Positions 10,874 to 22,819 of a stretch of DNA of 64,000 nt are shown in pieces (the first letter of the stretch is position 1; each line of letters begins with the position of its first letter). The position numbers were made by a program, and so were the translations under genes. Source of the stretch: Octopus vulgaris (lineage: Eukaryota); NCBI GenBank assembly GCA_951406725.2, contig OX597818.1, forward strand, positions 58,032,001-58,096,000, given 5' to 3'. The notes under the pieces are model-generated. The model searched no databases. It saw nothing but the letters and a program-made list of their open reading frames with translations, and was not told the DNA's origin.

Positions 10874-13867
10874 TCACGAAAGCTTTCTAGCAACTGCCAT
10901 TTGGTGCATGAGAGAGTTCGATGCAGCTGCCCTCATTTGCCTCTCCTGCCGTGAAGTTGGTTCATCTGGGACACCTGACAGGAAGAGATCCAGCTCCATT
11001 TTAAAGACATCTGTATCCACCCCATGCAGGTCTCTCAGGTTCATCGGGAGGATATTGATGAGCTGTGAGCCTCGGAAGCCCAGGCTATCACAGAATCTTG
11101 TCCTACATCTTGATGGCACGTTTGGAGTCCTAGGCACCACGCAGTGGTGCCCAGTTCTGGCATTTGCGTAACTCTCGATGCCAAAGTTTAGGACACGTCC
11201 CTCCAGGATCTTCCAGATGTATATTATGGCATATCTTTCAGGCCTACGCTCCAGGGAATATAGTTTTAATCTCTTGAGTCTTTCCCAGTAGCTTACATTC
11301 TGCATAGAGGCTATTTTCTTCGTGTAGCTACGTTGGATCGCCTCGAGCGCTGTGATCAACTTGACACTGGATGGTGACCATAACTGAGAGCAGTAGTCAA
11401 AGTGGCTTAGGACAAGTGTCCTCCAGAGGACCATCATGGTTTCTTGTTCTCTTGTTCTAAATCTTCTGAGGATCCATCCGGCCAGTCGTCTACATTTCAT
11501 TGCCAATTTAGCAACATGTACACGAAAGGTCGCGTCATCACTCATGTAAATACCTAGGTCACGCACTGATTGTGCCTCCGGGATTGCTATTCCTCCGGGT
11601 CCAGTGTATTCATTGGGTATTGCATTTAGTTTTGCATGCTGATAGTATAGAACTTGAAACTTTTCAGCATTGAACTGCATGCTATTCTTCTCGGCCCACT
11701 TGTATATTTTGTCTAGCTCACATTGCAGGTGTTTAGTGTCCTCAGGGTTCTGTATTGCCTGTGAAACTTTTGTATCATCTGCATAACTTGTGATCGTGGC
11801 TCTCTGCGTGGCTGAGGGCATGTCTGAGAGGGCCATTATGAACAGTAGTGGTCCCAGAATAGTGCCCTGCGGAACACCGCTCACTATTTGCGTGTTAATG
11901 GAAGTGGCCCCATTGGCCACTACCACCTGACTTCTATCTTTTAGAAAGTCATGAAGCCATTCTCCCAGTTTTCCAACTATGTTGAGATCACGCAGTTTGT
12001 GACATATCATTCCATGATCGACTTTATCAAAGGCCTTTGCAAATTCGAGATATATCACTTCCACATTTGTGTGGTTGAGCAGCCGTTTCAGCACCCAGTC
12101 ATAGTGTTGTAGGAGCTGAGTTAAACAGCTTCTCCCTGGTCGGAAACCATGTTGGGTGTCGGGCAGCAAGTCATTCTCTTCAAGGAAGGTGATCAGCTTC
12201 CTTCTGACTATTCGTTCCATGACCTTGCTGATGTGTGAGGTCAGAGAGATAGGTCTATAGTTCTTGGCTTCCGCTCTGCTACCTCCTTTATGAATGGGGC
12301 ATATTTTACCTTCCTTCAGTTTTCTTGGAAGTTTGCCAGCTGCTTGGAAGCTCTGAAAGAGGAACTGCAGTGGTCTTGCTAGGACTCTCTTACATGCTTT
12401 TAGGAGGATTGCCGGGAATCCATCGGGGCCAGTAGCTGAGTCTGTTTTCATTTCATCTATAGCCTTGATTACATCGTCTTCCTTTATTTCGATGTAATCT
12501 ATCGTCGCCGCCTCTGATTTTATATCTGCAGTGGTAAAAAAGTCAGTTGGATTGGTGATTAGGAGATGCCCAAGGGGTGGAGCGAAAACACTCTTGAATT
12601 GCTCATTCAGTATTTCACTTACCCTCATTGGTTTTCCTGTAAGTGTGCCATCCTTTTCGAGGAGTGGCCCTATTCTACAGTGCACCGTAGCTGTTTCTTT
12701 GGCATACCTGTAGAAAGCTCTGGGGTTAGATTTTATGTTGTCTATAGCCCAGGCTTCTTTGTCTGCTCTTTCCTTTTCATGGGAGAGTTTCAGACATTTT
12801 TCGATTTCCAACAGTTTTATTTTTAGGCGGGACATTTCACTGCTTTCAATCTGTTTGTTTAGGCGATTTGAAATGTTTGTACGCCGTCTCATTAAAATTT
12901 TCCTCTCTCTGGGGATTTTGTTCTTGTGTACAGTGGCCTTTCTCTTTGGGACACATTTGTAGCATATGGCTTGCATTACAGACATGAATTGTTGAAGTTT
13001 CACGTCGATGTCTGGCGAGGAGAGACATTTAGGCCAGTTTTGTTTGAGGATCTCTTTCTCAATTTGTTTCCAGTTTGCCTTATGGTAGTTCAAGCTGGAA
13101 AGATTCTGAGGGTTTCTTGTAGGCTGCATGTCCGTGCTCTCTTTTGGCCCGTACATGGTCAGCTCTATCATGTTGTGATCCGAGAGTAGTGTCGGTGTCA
13201 CTTTCACATTATGGATGAGATCCATGTCATTTGTGAAGCAGAGATCCAGTGTGTTACCTGCCCTGGTTGGTTGGAGTATTACCTGCTCCATGTACAGGGT
13301 GTTGATGAGGTTCAGGAGGGACCTCGCCTGTCCTCGTTCACATCTTGTCATTCCTGGGAGAGAATGGCCCTCGGGCCATCTGACTTTGGGCAGATTGAAG
13401 TCTCCCATAAGAAGTACACTTATGTGTTGTTCTAATGTGGTTAGAACTTCTATTTTTATAAGGCAGTCTTCAAACTTGCCCACATGGCTTGGGGCATCTG
13501 GAGGGCGATATGTAGCACACACAACTACATCAAGTTGTCTAATATGTACAATTAGTGTGTCACACACCGAGTTTGAGTATGACAAGAGGACCTGGGGTGT
13601 GAGGTCTTCACGGATGTACATAGCAACACCTCCATGACTCCTTTCTTTCCTGTCGGTCCGTAGTATAGCATACTGTGGTATGTGTAACTCCGCATCTGCT
13701 ATATCCGGTTTCAGGTGCGTTTCCGTAAGTGCTATGCATAAGGCTTGATTGCATGCAACAAAGTCTCTCAGGAACGGGATTTTTGTCCTGTTACTGAGTG
13801 TTTGCAGTCCTCTGATGTTCAGTAGGAGCATCGAGGTGAGGTGTACGTTGTTGCCGGTGGTGTCCAT
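10874..13867 (-). CDS. LINE ORF2: AP endonuclease + reverse transcriptase
   Basis: Uninterrupted frame (open from the TGA at 13993; first ATG 13867, context AGGATGG); TETHL, YRPP, GDFN, SDH, GVPQG, YADD; motif A reads YLEFAKAFD. Confidence 0.95.
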   Translation of the reverse strand: MDTTGNNVHLTSMLLLNIRGLQTLSNRTKIPFLRDFVACNQALCIALTETHLKPDIADAELHIPQYAILRTDRKERSHGGVAMYIREDLTPQVLLSYSNSVCDTLIVHIRQLDVVVCATYRPPDAPSHVGKFEDCLIKIEVLTTLEQHISVLLMGDFNLPKVRWPEGHSLPGMTRCERGQARSLLNLINTLYMEQVILQPTRAGNTLDLCFTNDMDLIHNVKVTPTLLSDHNMIELTMYGPKESTDMQPTRNPQNLSSLNYHKANWKQIEKEILKQNWPKCLSSPDIDVKLQQFMSVMQAICYKCVPKRKATVHKNKIPRERKILMRRRTNISNRLNKQIESSEMSRLKIKLLEIEKCLKLSHEKERADKEAWAIDNIKSNPRAFYRYAKETATVHCRIGPLLEKDGTLTGKPMRVSEILNEQFKSVFAPPLGHLLITNPTDFFTTADIKSEAATIDYIEIKEDDVIKAIDEMKTDSATGPDGFPAILLKACKRVLARPLQFLFQSFQAAGKLPRKLKEGKICPIHKGGSRAEAKNYRPISLTSHISKVMERIVRRKLITFLEENDLLPDTQHGFRPGRSCLTQLLQHYDWVLKRLLNHTNVEVIYLEFAKAFDKVDHGMICHKLRDLNIVGKLGEWLHDFLKDRSQVVVANGATSINTQIVSGVPQGTILGPLLFIMALSDMPSATQRATITSYADDTKVSQAIQNPEDTKHLQCELDKIYKWAEKNSMQFNAEKFQVLYYQHAKLNAIPNEYTGPGGIAIPEAQSVRDLGIYMSDDATFRVHVAKLAMKCRRLAGWILRRFRTREQETMMVLWRTLVLSHFDYCSQLWSPSSVKLITALEAIQRSYTKKIASMQNVSYWERLKRLKLYSLERRPERYAIIYIWKILEGRVLNFGIESYANARTGHHCVVPRTPNVPSRCRTRFCDSLGFRGSQLINILPMNLRDLHGVDTDVFKMELDLFLSGVPDEPTSRQERQMRAAASNSLMHQMAVARKLS

Positions 13868-14724
13868 CCTGGGTCTGTTTGCTGTGGTGGTCTGGTATAT
13901 AGTGGGTAATCCCACCTGCGGGCTTGGGTTTGATGAAGCCAGGTCAGCTGCTGTACAATCCTTTGTGCCATGCACAAAAAAGATTGTTGCTCAGCAACTG
14001 CCCTTTCGACAACATTATGTTGGTGGTTTGTGGCACGCGCAACATCTGCGTACCTCCGCTTTGGGGCAAGTGGTGCGTGGTCCATCCCTTTTCCTTGTGT
14101 TGATGGTTTGTCCATCTGCCTCGTGTCTCTGTGGCAGGGTCCCCGATGTGCAAAGCGGCAGCCTGCACCTTCCTTTCCATGCCAGCAGGAACCTCTCAGG
14201 TAGAACCTACACACCCGTGTGCGCTGTTTGTTTCCATCTTTTGCGGTTCCACTTCTATTCCTGGTTTTTTCACCCTTTGGTCCTGCTTGAGCTTTTCCTT
14301 TAGCTCTACCAGCCCTTCTTTTAGTTCTTCCTCCTCCCTCTACCTCTTCACCGGGTTCTCCGTCTCCATGGCCCTTGCTGCCGGTTGGAGAACTTGCACC
14401 TGGGTTCACTTCCCGGGCAGGTTTCTCATTCAAATCCTCCTCCCGGGCGTCCACCAGGTGGGGGTGACTTCTTTCATCGTCTCCATTCTTGCCATCTTTG
14501 CCCCGCTCGTTCTCAAAGATGGCATCAAGTGCGCCAATGTGCGACCGTATAAGCGCATATGAGCGCACGAATTCCCGTCTCTTTCGCTCCATCTGAGCCG
14601 CTGTCCTCTTGTAGCCTTTGCTCTTCAGCGCAGCCGCAATCACCTCACTAGGGCTATCTCCGTCGGCGCACTTCCAGGCTCGTACGAATAAATCTAGTTC
14701 GTCAGGTCTCCATGCTCTGGACAT
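13819..14724 (-). CDS. LINE ORF1, 301 aa: N-terminal Myb/SANT (trihelix-like) domain, charged linker, C-x7-C-x8-C-x3-H finger
   Basis: W-x3-E-x2-LF...IAAALKSKGYKRTAAQMERK...Y...LDAIF; CRFYLRGSCWHGKEGAGCRFAH; conserved with the ORF1 of copy 1. Confidence 0.9.
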   Translation of the reverse strand: MSRAWRPDELDLFVRAWKCADGDSPSEVIAAALKSKGYKRTAAQMERKRREFVRSYALIRSHIGALDAIFENERGKDGKNGDDERSHPHLVDAREEDLNEKPAREVNPGASSPTGSKGHGDGEPGEEVEGGGRTKRRAGRAKGKAQAGPKGEKTRNRSGTAKDGNKQRTRVCRFYLRGSCWHGKEGAGCRFAHRGPCHRDTRQMDKPSTQGKGMDHAPLAPKRRYADVARATNHQHNVVERAVAEQQSFLCMAQRIVQQLTWLHQTQARRWDYPLYTRPPQQTDPGWTPPATTYTSPRCSY

Positions 14725-14784
14725 GCTGGATGATCTGTCTATTTGTTTATCTGTCTAACTATGTTCGAGAGAAGACAAGAAGAT

Positions 14785-15490
14785 ATTAAGGCTAATTAGA
14801 AGATAGAGTATTTGGAAGAAAAAAAAATATATATTAACAATATTAAAGTTTGTGGGTAAAAACGTTATTTAATCTTAAGGCTAATTAGGAGATAGAGTAT
14901 CTGAAAATATATTAGCAATATTAATATTATATTAGAGTGTGGGTAAAAACGTTTTTTTTTTTTTTTTTTTAATTTTTTTAAATCTTAAGGCTAATTAGAA
15001 GATAGAGTATTCAAAAATATATTAAAGTGTGGGTAAAAATGTTAAAGTGTGGGTAAAAACGTTATTTAATCTTAAGGCTAATTAGAGGATAGAGTATTAT
15101 TAATATTAACAATATTAAAGTTTGTGGGTAAAAACGCTATTTAATCTTAAGGCTAATTAGGAGATAGAGTATCTGAAAATATGTTAACAATATTACTATT
15201 ATATTAAAGTGTGGGTAAAAAACGTTATTTAATCTTAAGGCTAATTAGAGGATAGAGTATCTGAAAATATATTAACAGATATTTAAAATGTGGGTAAAAA
15301 GGCTAATTAGAAAGATATTAGAGTGTGGGTAAAAAATTAGAAGATGTTAAGGTGTGGGTAAAAACGTTGTTTATTCTTAAGGCTAATTAGAAGATAGAGT
15401 ATCTGAAAAATTATTAACAATGTTAAACAATATTAAACAATATTAAACGTTATTTAATCTTAAGGCTAATTATAAGATAGAATATCTGAA
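14785..15490 (-). repeat. Irregular tandem array in the putative 5' UTR of LINE-2nd
   Basis: Recurrent AATCTTAAGGCTAATTAGRAGATAGAGTAT and GTGTGGGTAAAAACGTT blocks, ~9 units of variable length. Confidence 0.92.
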
Positions 15491-16217
15491 AGAGGAGAGA
15501 TGAGAGGGTAAGAAAGAGGGGAAAGATTATTTATCTATCTAAAGTTCGTGAAAGTTCACGTCCATGCATATATACGCATACATATATACATACACGCACA
15601 CACACATACATACACGTGCACACACATACACACACACATATACACAGACGGGGAGAGAAGGAAGGTGGAAAAAAAAGAAAATGAGTGAAAATATATTAAA
15701 ATATATATATATTAAAGTGTGAAGAAAGGGTTATTCAATTCTGAAGCCAATTTCTGCATTCGAGAACAGATATTGAGATGTAAACAAACAGAAATGGCGA
15801 TCGTAACTTTAACGGAGATGTGGACTTAAGTTAAGGGGGAAAAAATAGGATAATAAACAAAATATGAAATAGAAGATGAAAGTGATACTTAATCCAACGA
15901 TGTGGTCTGGATTTTTTGTGGTTTACGGGATTATTTTCCAGGAGATGTTACTTTTTCCTTCTTCTAGGAGACAAGTTACTTCAGTGAGTTTTTCCACCAT
16001 GTGCGTTTTCGGCGAAAAGAAAAATTATTACTGTATTTGGCTTCAGGCAAAATATATTACGTTCTTGATTAATATATTTGTAGCCGAAGTGTTGTAGTGG
16101 GCTTTATGAGTTGAATTGGTGACTTTCAGTAGATTATTTCACTGATTTATGCACACTTTCTGCCTTTTTTAAACAGAGCAAAGGCGATACACGACTTTCC
16201 CTGTCGGAACCGGAAGT

Positions 16218-16417
16218 ATATATATATATATATATATATTTACTTATATATATATTTATTTATATATATATATATTTATTTATATATATATTTATTTATT
16301 TATATATATATATATTTATTTATTTATATATATATTTATTTATTTATATATATATATATATTTATTTATATATATATATTTTTTATATATATATATATAT
16401 TTATTTATATATATATA

Positions 16418-16464
<47 letters not shown>

Positions 16465-16506
16465 TTATATATATATTTATTTATATTTATATTTATTTAT
16501 TTATAT
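16218..16506. repeat. (TA)n/(TATT)n microsatellite, 5' flank of LINE-2nd
   Basis: Direct inspection. Confidence 0.95.
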
Positions 16507-16550
16507 AATGGCCTAGTGGTTAGGGCAGCGGACATGCGGTCGGAGGATCG

Positions 16551-17132
16551 CCCGAAGACTTATACTTTGGTAGCCTAGTGCTTATTCTATCGGTCTCATT
16601 TGCTGAACCGCTAGGTTACGGGGACGTAAACACACAAGCATCGGTTGTCAAGCGATGTTGCGGGGGGGGACAAACACAGACGCACAAACACACCAAACAC
16701 ACACACACAACACACACAACACACACACACACACACACATACACACACACACACACATATATATAGGGTGAATTCACGAAAAAAAAAACAAAAATCGAAG
16801 ACAGATGGTGTAGAAAACACACAGATGAAATAGCATGACGCTCGGGAAGTTAATATGACTTTAACGTTTCGAGCCTACGCTCTTCCACAGAAAGGAACAT
16901 GGAAAGAAACAAGGTGAGAAAAAAAAATGTGTGTAGTGACTACCGATGTATCATGGTGAGAAATATATATATATATATACATGACGGGATGTTTCAGTTT
17001 CCGTCTACGAAATCTACTCACACGGCTTTGGTCGGCCCGGGGCTATAGTAGAAGACACTTGCCCAACGTGTCACACAGTGGAAATGAACCCAGAACCATG
17101 TGGTTAGTAAGCAAGCTACTTACTACACAGCC
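16551..17132 (-). mobile_element. SINE family B, 3'-incomplete, with a nested insertion
   Basis: Matches reverse complement of 58200-58577; preceded by a 45 bp family A head at 16507-16551. Confidence 0.85.
16765..16960 (-). mobile_element. ~200 bp TA-embedded element with hammerhead-like motif (Penelope-type)
   Basis: Homologous to 52681-52892; minus strand CTTT CTGTGGA A GAGC GTAG GCTC GAAAC GTT AAAG. Confidence 0.7.
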
Positions 17133-17481
17133 AAGAAAATAATGGATGTAGACTAGATACTGAAATACTTCCTGTTCAGAATATTTACCAACTAAATGTA
17201 ATGTTCTCCATAAAATCAACTAATGTGAATCGTTTGAATATAAATGATGTAATTTCTCATGAAGAGCACCTATATATGCTAGAAAATATGTGGCTTTCAT
17301 TTGTAAGCGTTTAGCTATGCATCATACAATTAATCAATTTATGTAAGTAATATTTAGAGGAGGTAAAGAAAAACTCGACAATATCATACTTATATGTGTT
17401 GGTATGTGTAAGCAATTAATAATGTAAAACATTTATGAAGTGTTATAGTTCATTGTATATCTAGACACACACACACACAAC

Positions 17482-17540
<59 letters not shown>

Positions 17541-17545
17541 ATCTA

Positions 17546-17612
<67 letters not shown>

Positions 17613-17614
<2 letters not shown>

Positions 17615-17893
17615 CGGAGATGTACTCGCATAGCAAGTAATTTGATCTGAGATCGTGTGCTGAAACGAAAACAATTGCAGCGTGGAAGGTGTTTATAAAC
17701 CATTTAAGAAACACACAAAAGCCGTTCGATTCACTTCAACATTTAAGTTTAATTTGTCATATATATATAAAGTTCATATATACTGAACTTTATAGAAGTT
17801 CCTACTGTTAATGGTTATATTTACATGCCGAAATCTACCAGTAATAATTTTTTTTTTTTAAACCATTAAAGATATTATTTATTCTTATTATAT
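17613..17893. repeat. Unclassified ~280 bp segment embedded between (TA)n tracts
   Basis: Sharp TA boundaries on both sides; no second copy in the window. Confidence 0.35.
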
Positions 17894-17898
17894 TATAT

Positions 17899-17991
<93 letters not shown>

Positions 17992-18639
17992 CAGAGAGAG
18001 AGGGAGAGAGTGAGGGGGAGAGAGGGAGAGACAAATATAGTGAGAGAGAGTTAGTCCAAAAATGAAAACACAAAGAGAAAATACAACGCGAGGACGTGGA
18101 ACAAGTGTATTGTTATTGGACACGCAGGAAAGGAAAGAAAGAAGGAGGGTTTCATGTCTCGAGCGGAGCTCTTGGTCAGAAACAGGAAAAGAAAAGATCC
18201 AATGAAGGGAAGACGGAAGAAAAATCGCCAACGATACACACGCGATCACACACACACACACATATATATATCAACCAGCACGAACATAACAGTAGTACAT
18301 AACAGAATCCATTTCGAAGTAAATATTTCCAGAAAGTGTTTATTTATATTGCAAACTAAAATACTTTCTTTCAAATCATAAACGGAATATTAGGTGACTA
18401 CGTACTGAGGAAAATTTATCATTAATGATATGCGTAATTAATTAACATTCTGAGAATGACAATACAGTTGTCAATGCGGTATGATGGTCCTATAATGGAA
18501 TGAAATATCGAATTGAATTTAAAATCAGAAGTGTATAATATATATAATGATGCTGAAGAAAACAACATGTCTATTTTGGAATTCTCTTGTAGTCTGAGAA
18601 AAACGTTTGTACGATTTCTTGCTGAGCGGCCAGCATAGA

Positions 18640-18870
18640 TGACTTCTTATTTCATTATTGCCCACACAGAGGAGACAAACAAGCACAGACAAACGGATTA
18701 AGTCGATTACATCGACCCCCAGTGCGTAACTGGTACTTAATTTATCGACCCCGAAAGGATGAAAGGCAAAGTTGACCTAAGCGGAATTTGAACTCAGCAC
18801 GTTGCGGCACACGAAATACTGCTAAGCTTTTCGCCTGGTGTGCTAACGTTTCTGCCAGGTCGCCGCCTTT
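18640..18870 (-). mobile_element. SINE family C
   Basis: Similarity to 56358-56772. Confidence 0.88.
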
Positions 18871-19335
18871 AAATGTTTGTATTTTACATTAGCCCAGTCC
18901 TTCCATCAAGTCGATGCTGTCTGAACAGATGCACGATAAACCACACGTTAGGTGTCTATGCGATCGAAGTGTAACGTCAGATGAATTGTTCTGCTCAAGA
19001 AAGCAACGCATCACCGGATACAAGAATTGAACCAGCGGTCTCTCGATCATGATTACAACTCCCTCACTGTGAATTACAATCCGGCAGAGAAATAAGTTGG
19101 ATCCGAAATTTAGTTTACTGAATATTTAAGACTGCTTTTCACCATTTTATAACCTCAATGACCATTCAGTATATCTCTTTAACATTCAACTGATTAGAGA
19201 TTCCTAACTAGCTATCTCACATGTCATAAAATTACCATAAAAAATTAAATGTTTAGTTTAAGTGAGAATAAATCGAAGTTACAATTTCCGTGTAAAGAAG
19301 CGACCACTTAACGCCATTATAGTAAATATATTAGG

Positions 19336-19560
19336 AGGCGGAGAGCTAGCACAATAGTTAGCCCACCGGGGCGAAATACTTCGCAGTATTTCGTCTGCCG
19401 TTACGTTCTGAGTTCAAATTACGCCGAGGCCGACTTTGCCTGGAGACGATGTAATCGTCTTAATCCGTGTGTCAGTCCTTGTTTGTCCTCTCTGTGTTTA
19501 GCCCCTTGTGGGTAGTAAAGAAATAGGTATTTCGTCTGGCGTTACCTTGTGAGTTCAAAT
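19336..19560 (+). mobile_element. SINE family C, internally deleted, with partial second unit
   Basis: GGCGGAGAGCTAGC head; AAAGAAATAG|GTATTTCGTC junction. Confidence 0.85.
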
Positions 19561-19899
19561 TATCGACGAGCTTTTGTCATATTTAAAATAATTTTCATTT
19601 CAGTTGAAAGAACCGGAAATTTTATACATGCAAACACAAAACGGCAAATATATCCTCTAAATATTACCATCATCTCGTCATAAGCAAGGGAAGCACCTTT
19701 TAATTAAAATAGTCATCTACATATTTTACTTAAAATTTCACATGTAAGAACCACCAGATTTCCTCCGAAATAAAATATTTCTATAAACGGCCTATGTTAA
19801 ATACAAAGGTAAATATCATAGAGAGACAAACAAATCGTTCTGGATTGGTAAAGGAGTGCACCAGGTGCATTCTGGCCCTTGGCCTTTATCCACGAATTT

Positions 19900-20150
19900 G
19901 TCTCTGTGTTTGCTGACAACCATCGCTTGATAACATGTTTTGGTTTTCTAAAAAGATTCTATAAATTGTTTCAGCTTTAAAGCTATGCTCATGCTGGAGC
20001 ACCACCTTTGTTTACGCCCAAGTTACATAGCGGCTCGGCAGAAATAAACGATAAAATACGTATTGGGCTTTAAAACAAACTTTTGGTATCGAATCTTGAA
20101 CGCGGTGCCCCAGTATGACTGCAGTCTAATAACTGAAACAAGTATAAGAT
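19900..20150 (+). mobile_element. Old SINE family B 3' half with an inverted LINE-tail fragment at ~19965-20006
   Basis: catcgcttga...; tail GCGGTGCCCCAGTATGACTGCAGTCTAATAACTGAAACAAG. Confidence 0.65.
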
Positions 20151-20974
20151 ACAGGTTAATTACACATGGATTGTTTTTTCGTAATAAACGGCATATACAG
20201 TAATTGGAGCCAATATTCGGTGAAAGTTATAAGCACTTGGGTTTTGCCGTCTTGAGTTATTACTATGATCTGAAGTTAGAATTTTAATTAAATATTTGTT
20301 GTCTATATTACATTCATTACTATTTCAATAATTCTACCTCAATAAATTACAGCAATTTACTAATGAATCGAGCAATGATAAAATAAACACTATATCCTGA
20401 ATATGCACACAGTTTTAAATTGGATTTCTTCTAATTGTCTGTTGAGATCTGGTAATGATTCTATATCATAACAAAGTAAATTGTACTTATTTTTGCTTGC
20501 GTTTAATTCGTGAAATATTTATTTAAATTAATCTGTTTGCTTGTCGAACGTAAACAATCAAATAATAGATTGGCAATTTAGATTTTAAATGTTCGAAAGC
20601 AGAACAAATTAAATTAGCTAAGAATTGTAGTAACATTTTTTAACCCTCAAAAATCATTAAAATCCTAATAAACTGATTGCATGTTTCAGACTTTATGAAT
20701 GACATTCAGAATACATTTATTGATTTATATAATTGATCTCGAAACTTAATTTCCTTTTAATGTAATACAATTAACGTATAGCGAACCGTGTATCTTAATA
20801 AATATATATGTGAGTCCATGTATAGATTATACAAATTTCCTAGGGTTTTCGTTCAGAAGAATTTCGCTGTTCATGGGACCCTTAATATTCAACCTAAGAG
20901 TATAAAAGCTTTGAATTACTTTAACCCATCCTCTTGACCAGCAATATATCCCATCAATTTTTCCCACGAACAAA

Positions 20975-21200
20975 GCACTTGGCTATGGTGCTCCCCCAAT
21001 ACCCTGCACGTTGTCAGAGATGCACATATCGTGAGCCACACGGGACATGGTCAACTGGTTAGGGTCAAATAACTGACAAGCAAACCTGTGCTATTGAGCA
21101 GAGTATTTGCTGTAGCCCATCTCTTATATCAAGACAAAATAATGTACATGAAAACACTTCCAATCAGTTAAGAGTAGAAGCCATGAGAGCCACTGCCTGA
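20975..21200 (+). repeat. Unclassified interspersed repeat fragment
   Basis: Homologous to 36480-36650 (CAGAGATGCACATATCGT...CAACTGGTTA...AACTGACAAGCAA...CAAGACAAAA). Confidence 0.75.
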
Positions 21201-21217
21201 TTATTATTATTATCATT

Positions 21218-21219
21218 AA

Positions 21220-21254
<35 letters not shown>

Positions 21255-21386
21255 AGAAGAAGAAGAAGAAAGAGAAGGAGAAGAAGAAGAAGAAGAAGAA
21301 GAAGAAGAAGAAGAAGAAGAAGAAGAAGAAGAAGAAGAAGAAGAAGAAGAAGAAGAAGAAGAAAAAGAAGAAGAAGAAGAAGAAGA
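21218..21386. repeat. (GAA)n microsatellite
   Basis: Direct inspection. Confidence 0.95.
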
Positions 21387-21480
21387 TGTTGAAGAATTTA
21401 TATTAATGTCTATATGAACTAGATGGATTCGTCTGGATACTGGAGTATGAATATATAGAATATCGGTTGAAATTCCTACC

Positions 21481-21664
21481 GGTATTTTGTCTGCCGTTAC
21501 GGTCTGAGTTCAAATTTCACCGAGGTCGACTTTGTCTTTCATCCTTTCGGGGTCGATTAAATAAATACCAGTTACGCACTGGGGTCGATGTAATCGACTT
21601 AATCCCCTTGTCTGAACTTGTTTTTCTCCTCTATGTTTAGCCCCCTACAGGCAATAAAGAAATA
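21481..21664 (+). mobile_element. SINE family C, 5'-truncated
   Basis: Begins at GGTATTTTGTCTGCC, ends AATAAAGAAATA. Confidence 0.88.
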
Positions 21665-21754
21665 AAATATGTTAGATATTAATTTCGTCCTCAAATTCGG
21701 AAAGTTGACGAGTGCAATACATGGAACGAAACACGGCTTTGTATGAGTGTGCGC

Positions 21755-21804
<50 letters not shown>

Positions 21805-22819
21805 AACAGAAGAAAGAGAGAGAGGGAGAAGGACTGGGTGTGTATGTGTAATCGTGTCTGTGCGTGTGATGAATATACTAGTTACCAGAGCAATATAATA
21901 CCTATACGTATTAATATGTGTCCTGAAATATTCTGACAATCATGATTTTTCAAACAGCTTCTCTTACATAAACTGGTTTGAAACATATTTTTTCCAATCA
22001 TTTAAGAATAAATTACATTAGTTTTTGAGAAACAGCACCTAAAAATCGCGTCTGTATTGAACAAAAATCGGATAAATGCTTAGAACCGGAAATTGTTTAA
22101 AACCGACGCTGAGACACTTTATTTTCTTAAATTATATGATTGTGCTTGCAATGTATTAGCATGAAAAATCTATTCACATAGAATAATCTGGAAAGAAAGT
22201 TGTAACAATGATGAACAACATGCAAAATAAATACGGTGAAAATACTTGATACTTGAATTCCTGCAAAAAAAAGAATGATTAAATTAAGTTAGTGAATATT
22301 TGCTATTGCTATGTGGTTAAGTTATTATTAAATAACTAAATTTGATAAACAAATTAACACATGTAGAGTGATGTGATCAACACTACGTCAGAAACAACCG
22401 ATTTGTGAATCTCAATGGAATAAGGCATTTCTATCGTCCTCGTAATTTTCTCATTTCAAAACCTGTTAAAACCTATTCACAATTCAATTGAAGTAACTTC
22501 CGTACCGTTGAAAATATGCTCTCTTTTATTTAATTTTAAACATGTCTACACTAATGTAATTTCTTTACAAGATACATCTTAGCAATTTTGAATTATGTAC
22601 ATGAAATAAATAAATAAATAAATAAAAGAAATGTTGCTTTTGCGTTTAAGAAACTGCGTGTTAAACAAAATCGAATATTTTTCTCCGTTCATCAATAATT
22701 GAGAATTTTATGGACAACCACAAACAGTCACGACTGATATAAATAAGAAATTAACTGACGCAAACACGTTTCATGAACGATGGCTCTATATATACATACA
22801 AATACATACACACACACAT

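Larger units (their letters stand above)
10793..16217 (-). mobile_element. Apparently full-length non-LTR retrotransposon (CR1/L2 group), copy 2 (LINE-2nd), both ORFs open
   Basis: ORF1 13819-14724 and ORF2 10874-13867; 3' tail GGCGGTGCCCCAGCATGCCCACAGCTCATAAGCTGAAACTAG(AATC)3; (TA)n at both ends; 5' boundary inferred. Confidence 0.88.

Noticed and set aside
14785-15490. CRISPR-like appearance of recurring ~30 bp blocks
   Set aside because: Spacers are themselves repetitive and irregular, the context is eukaryotic and there are no cas genes; it is a tandem array
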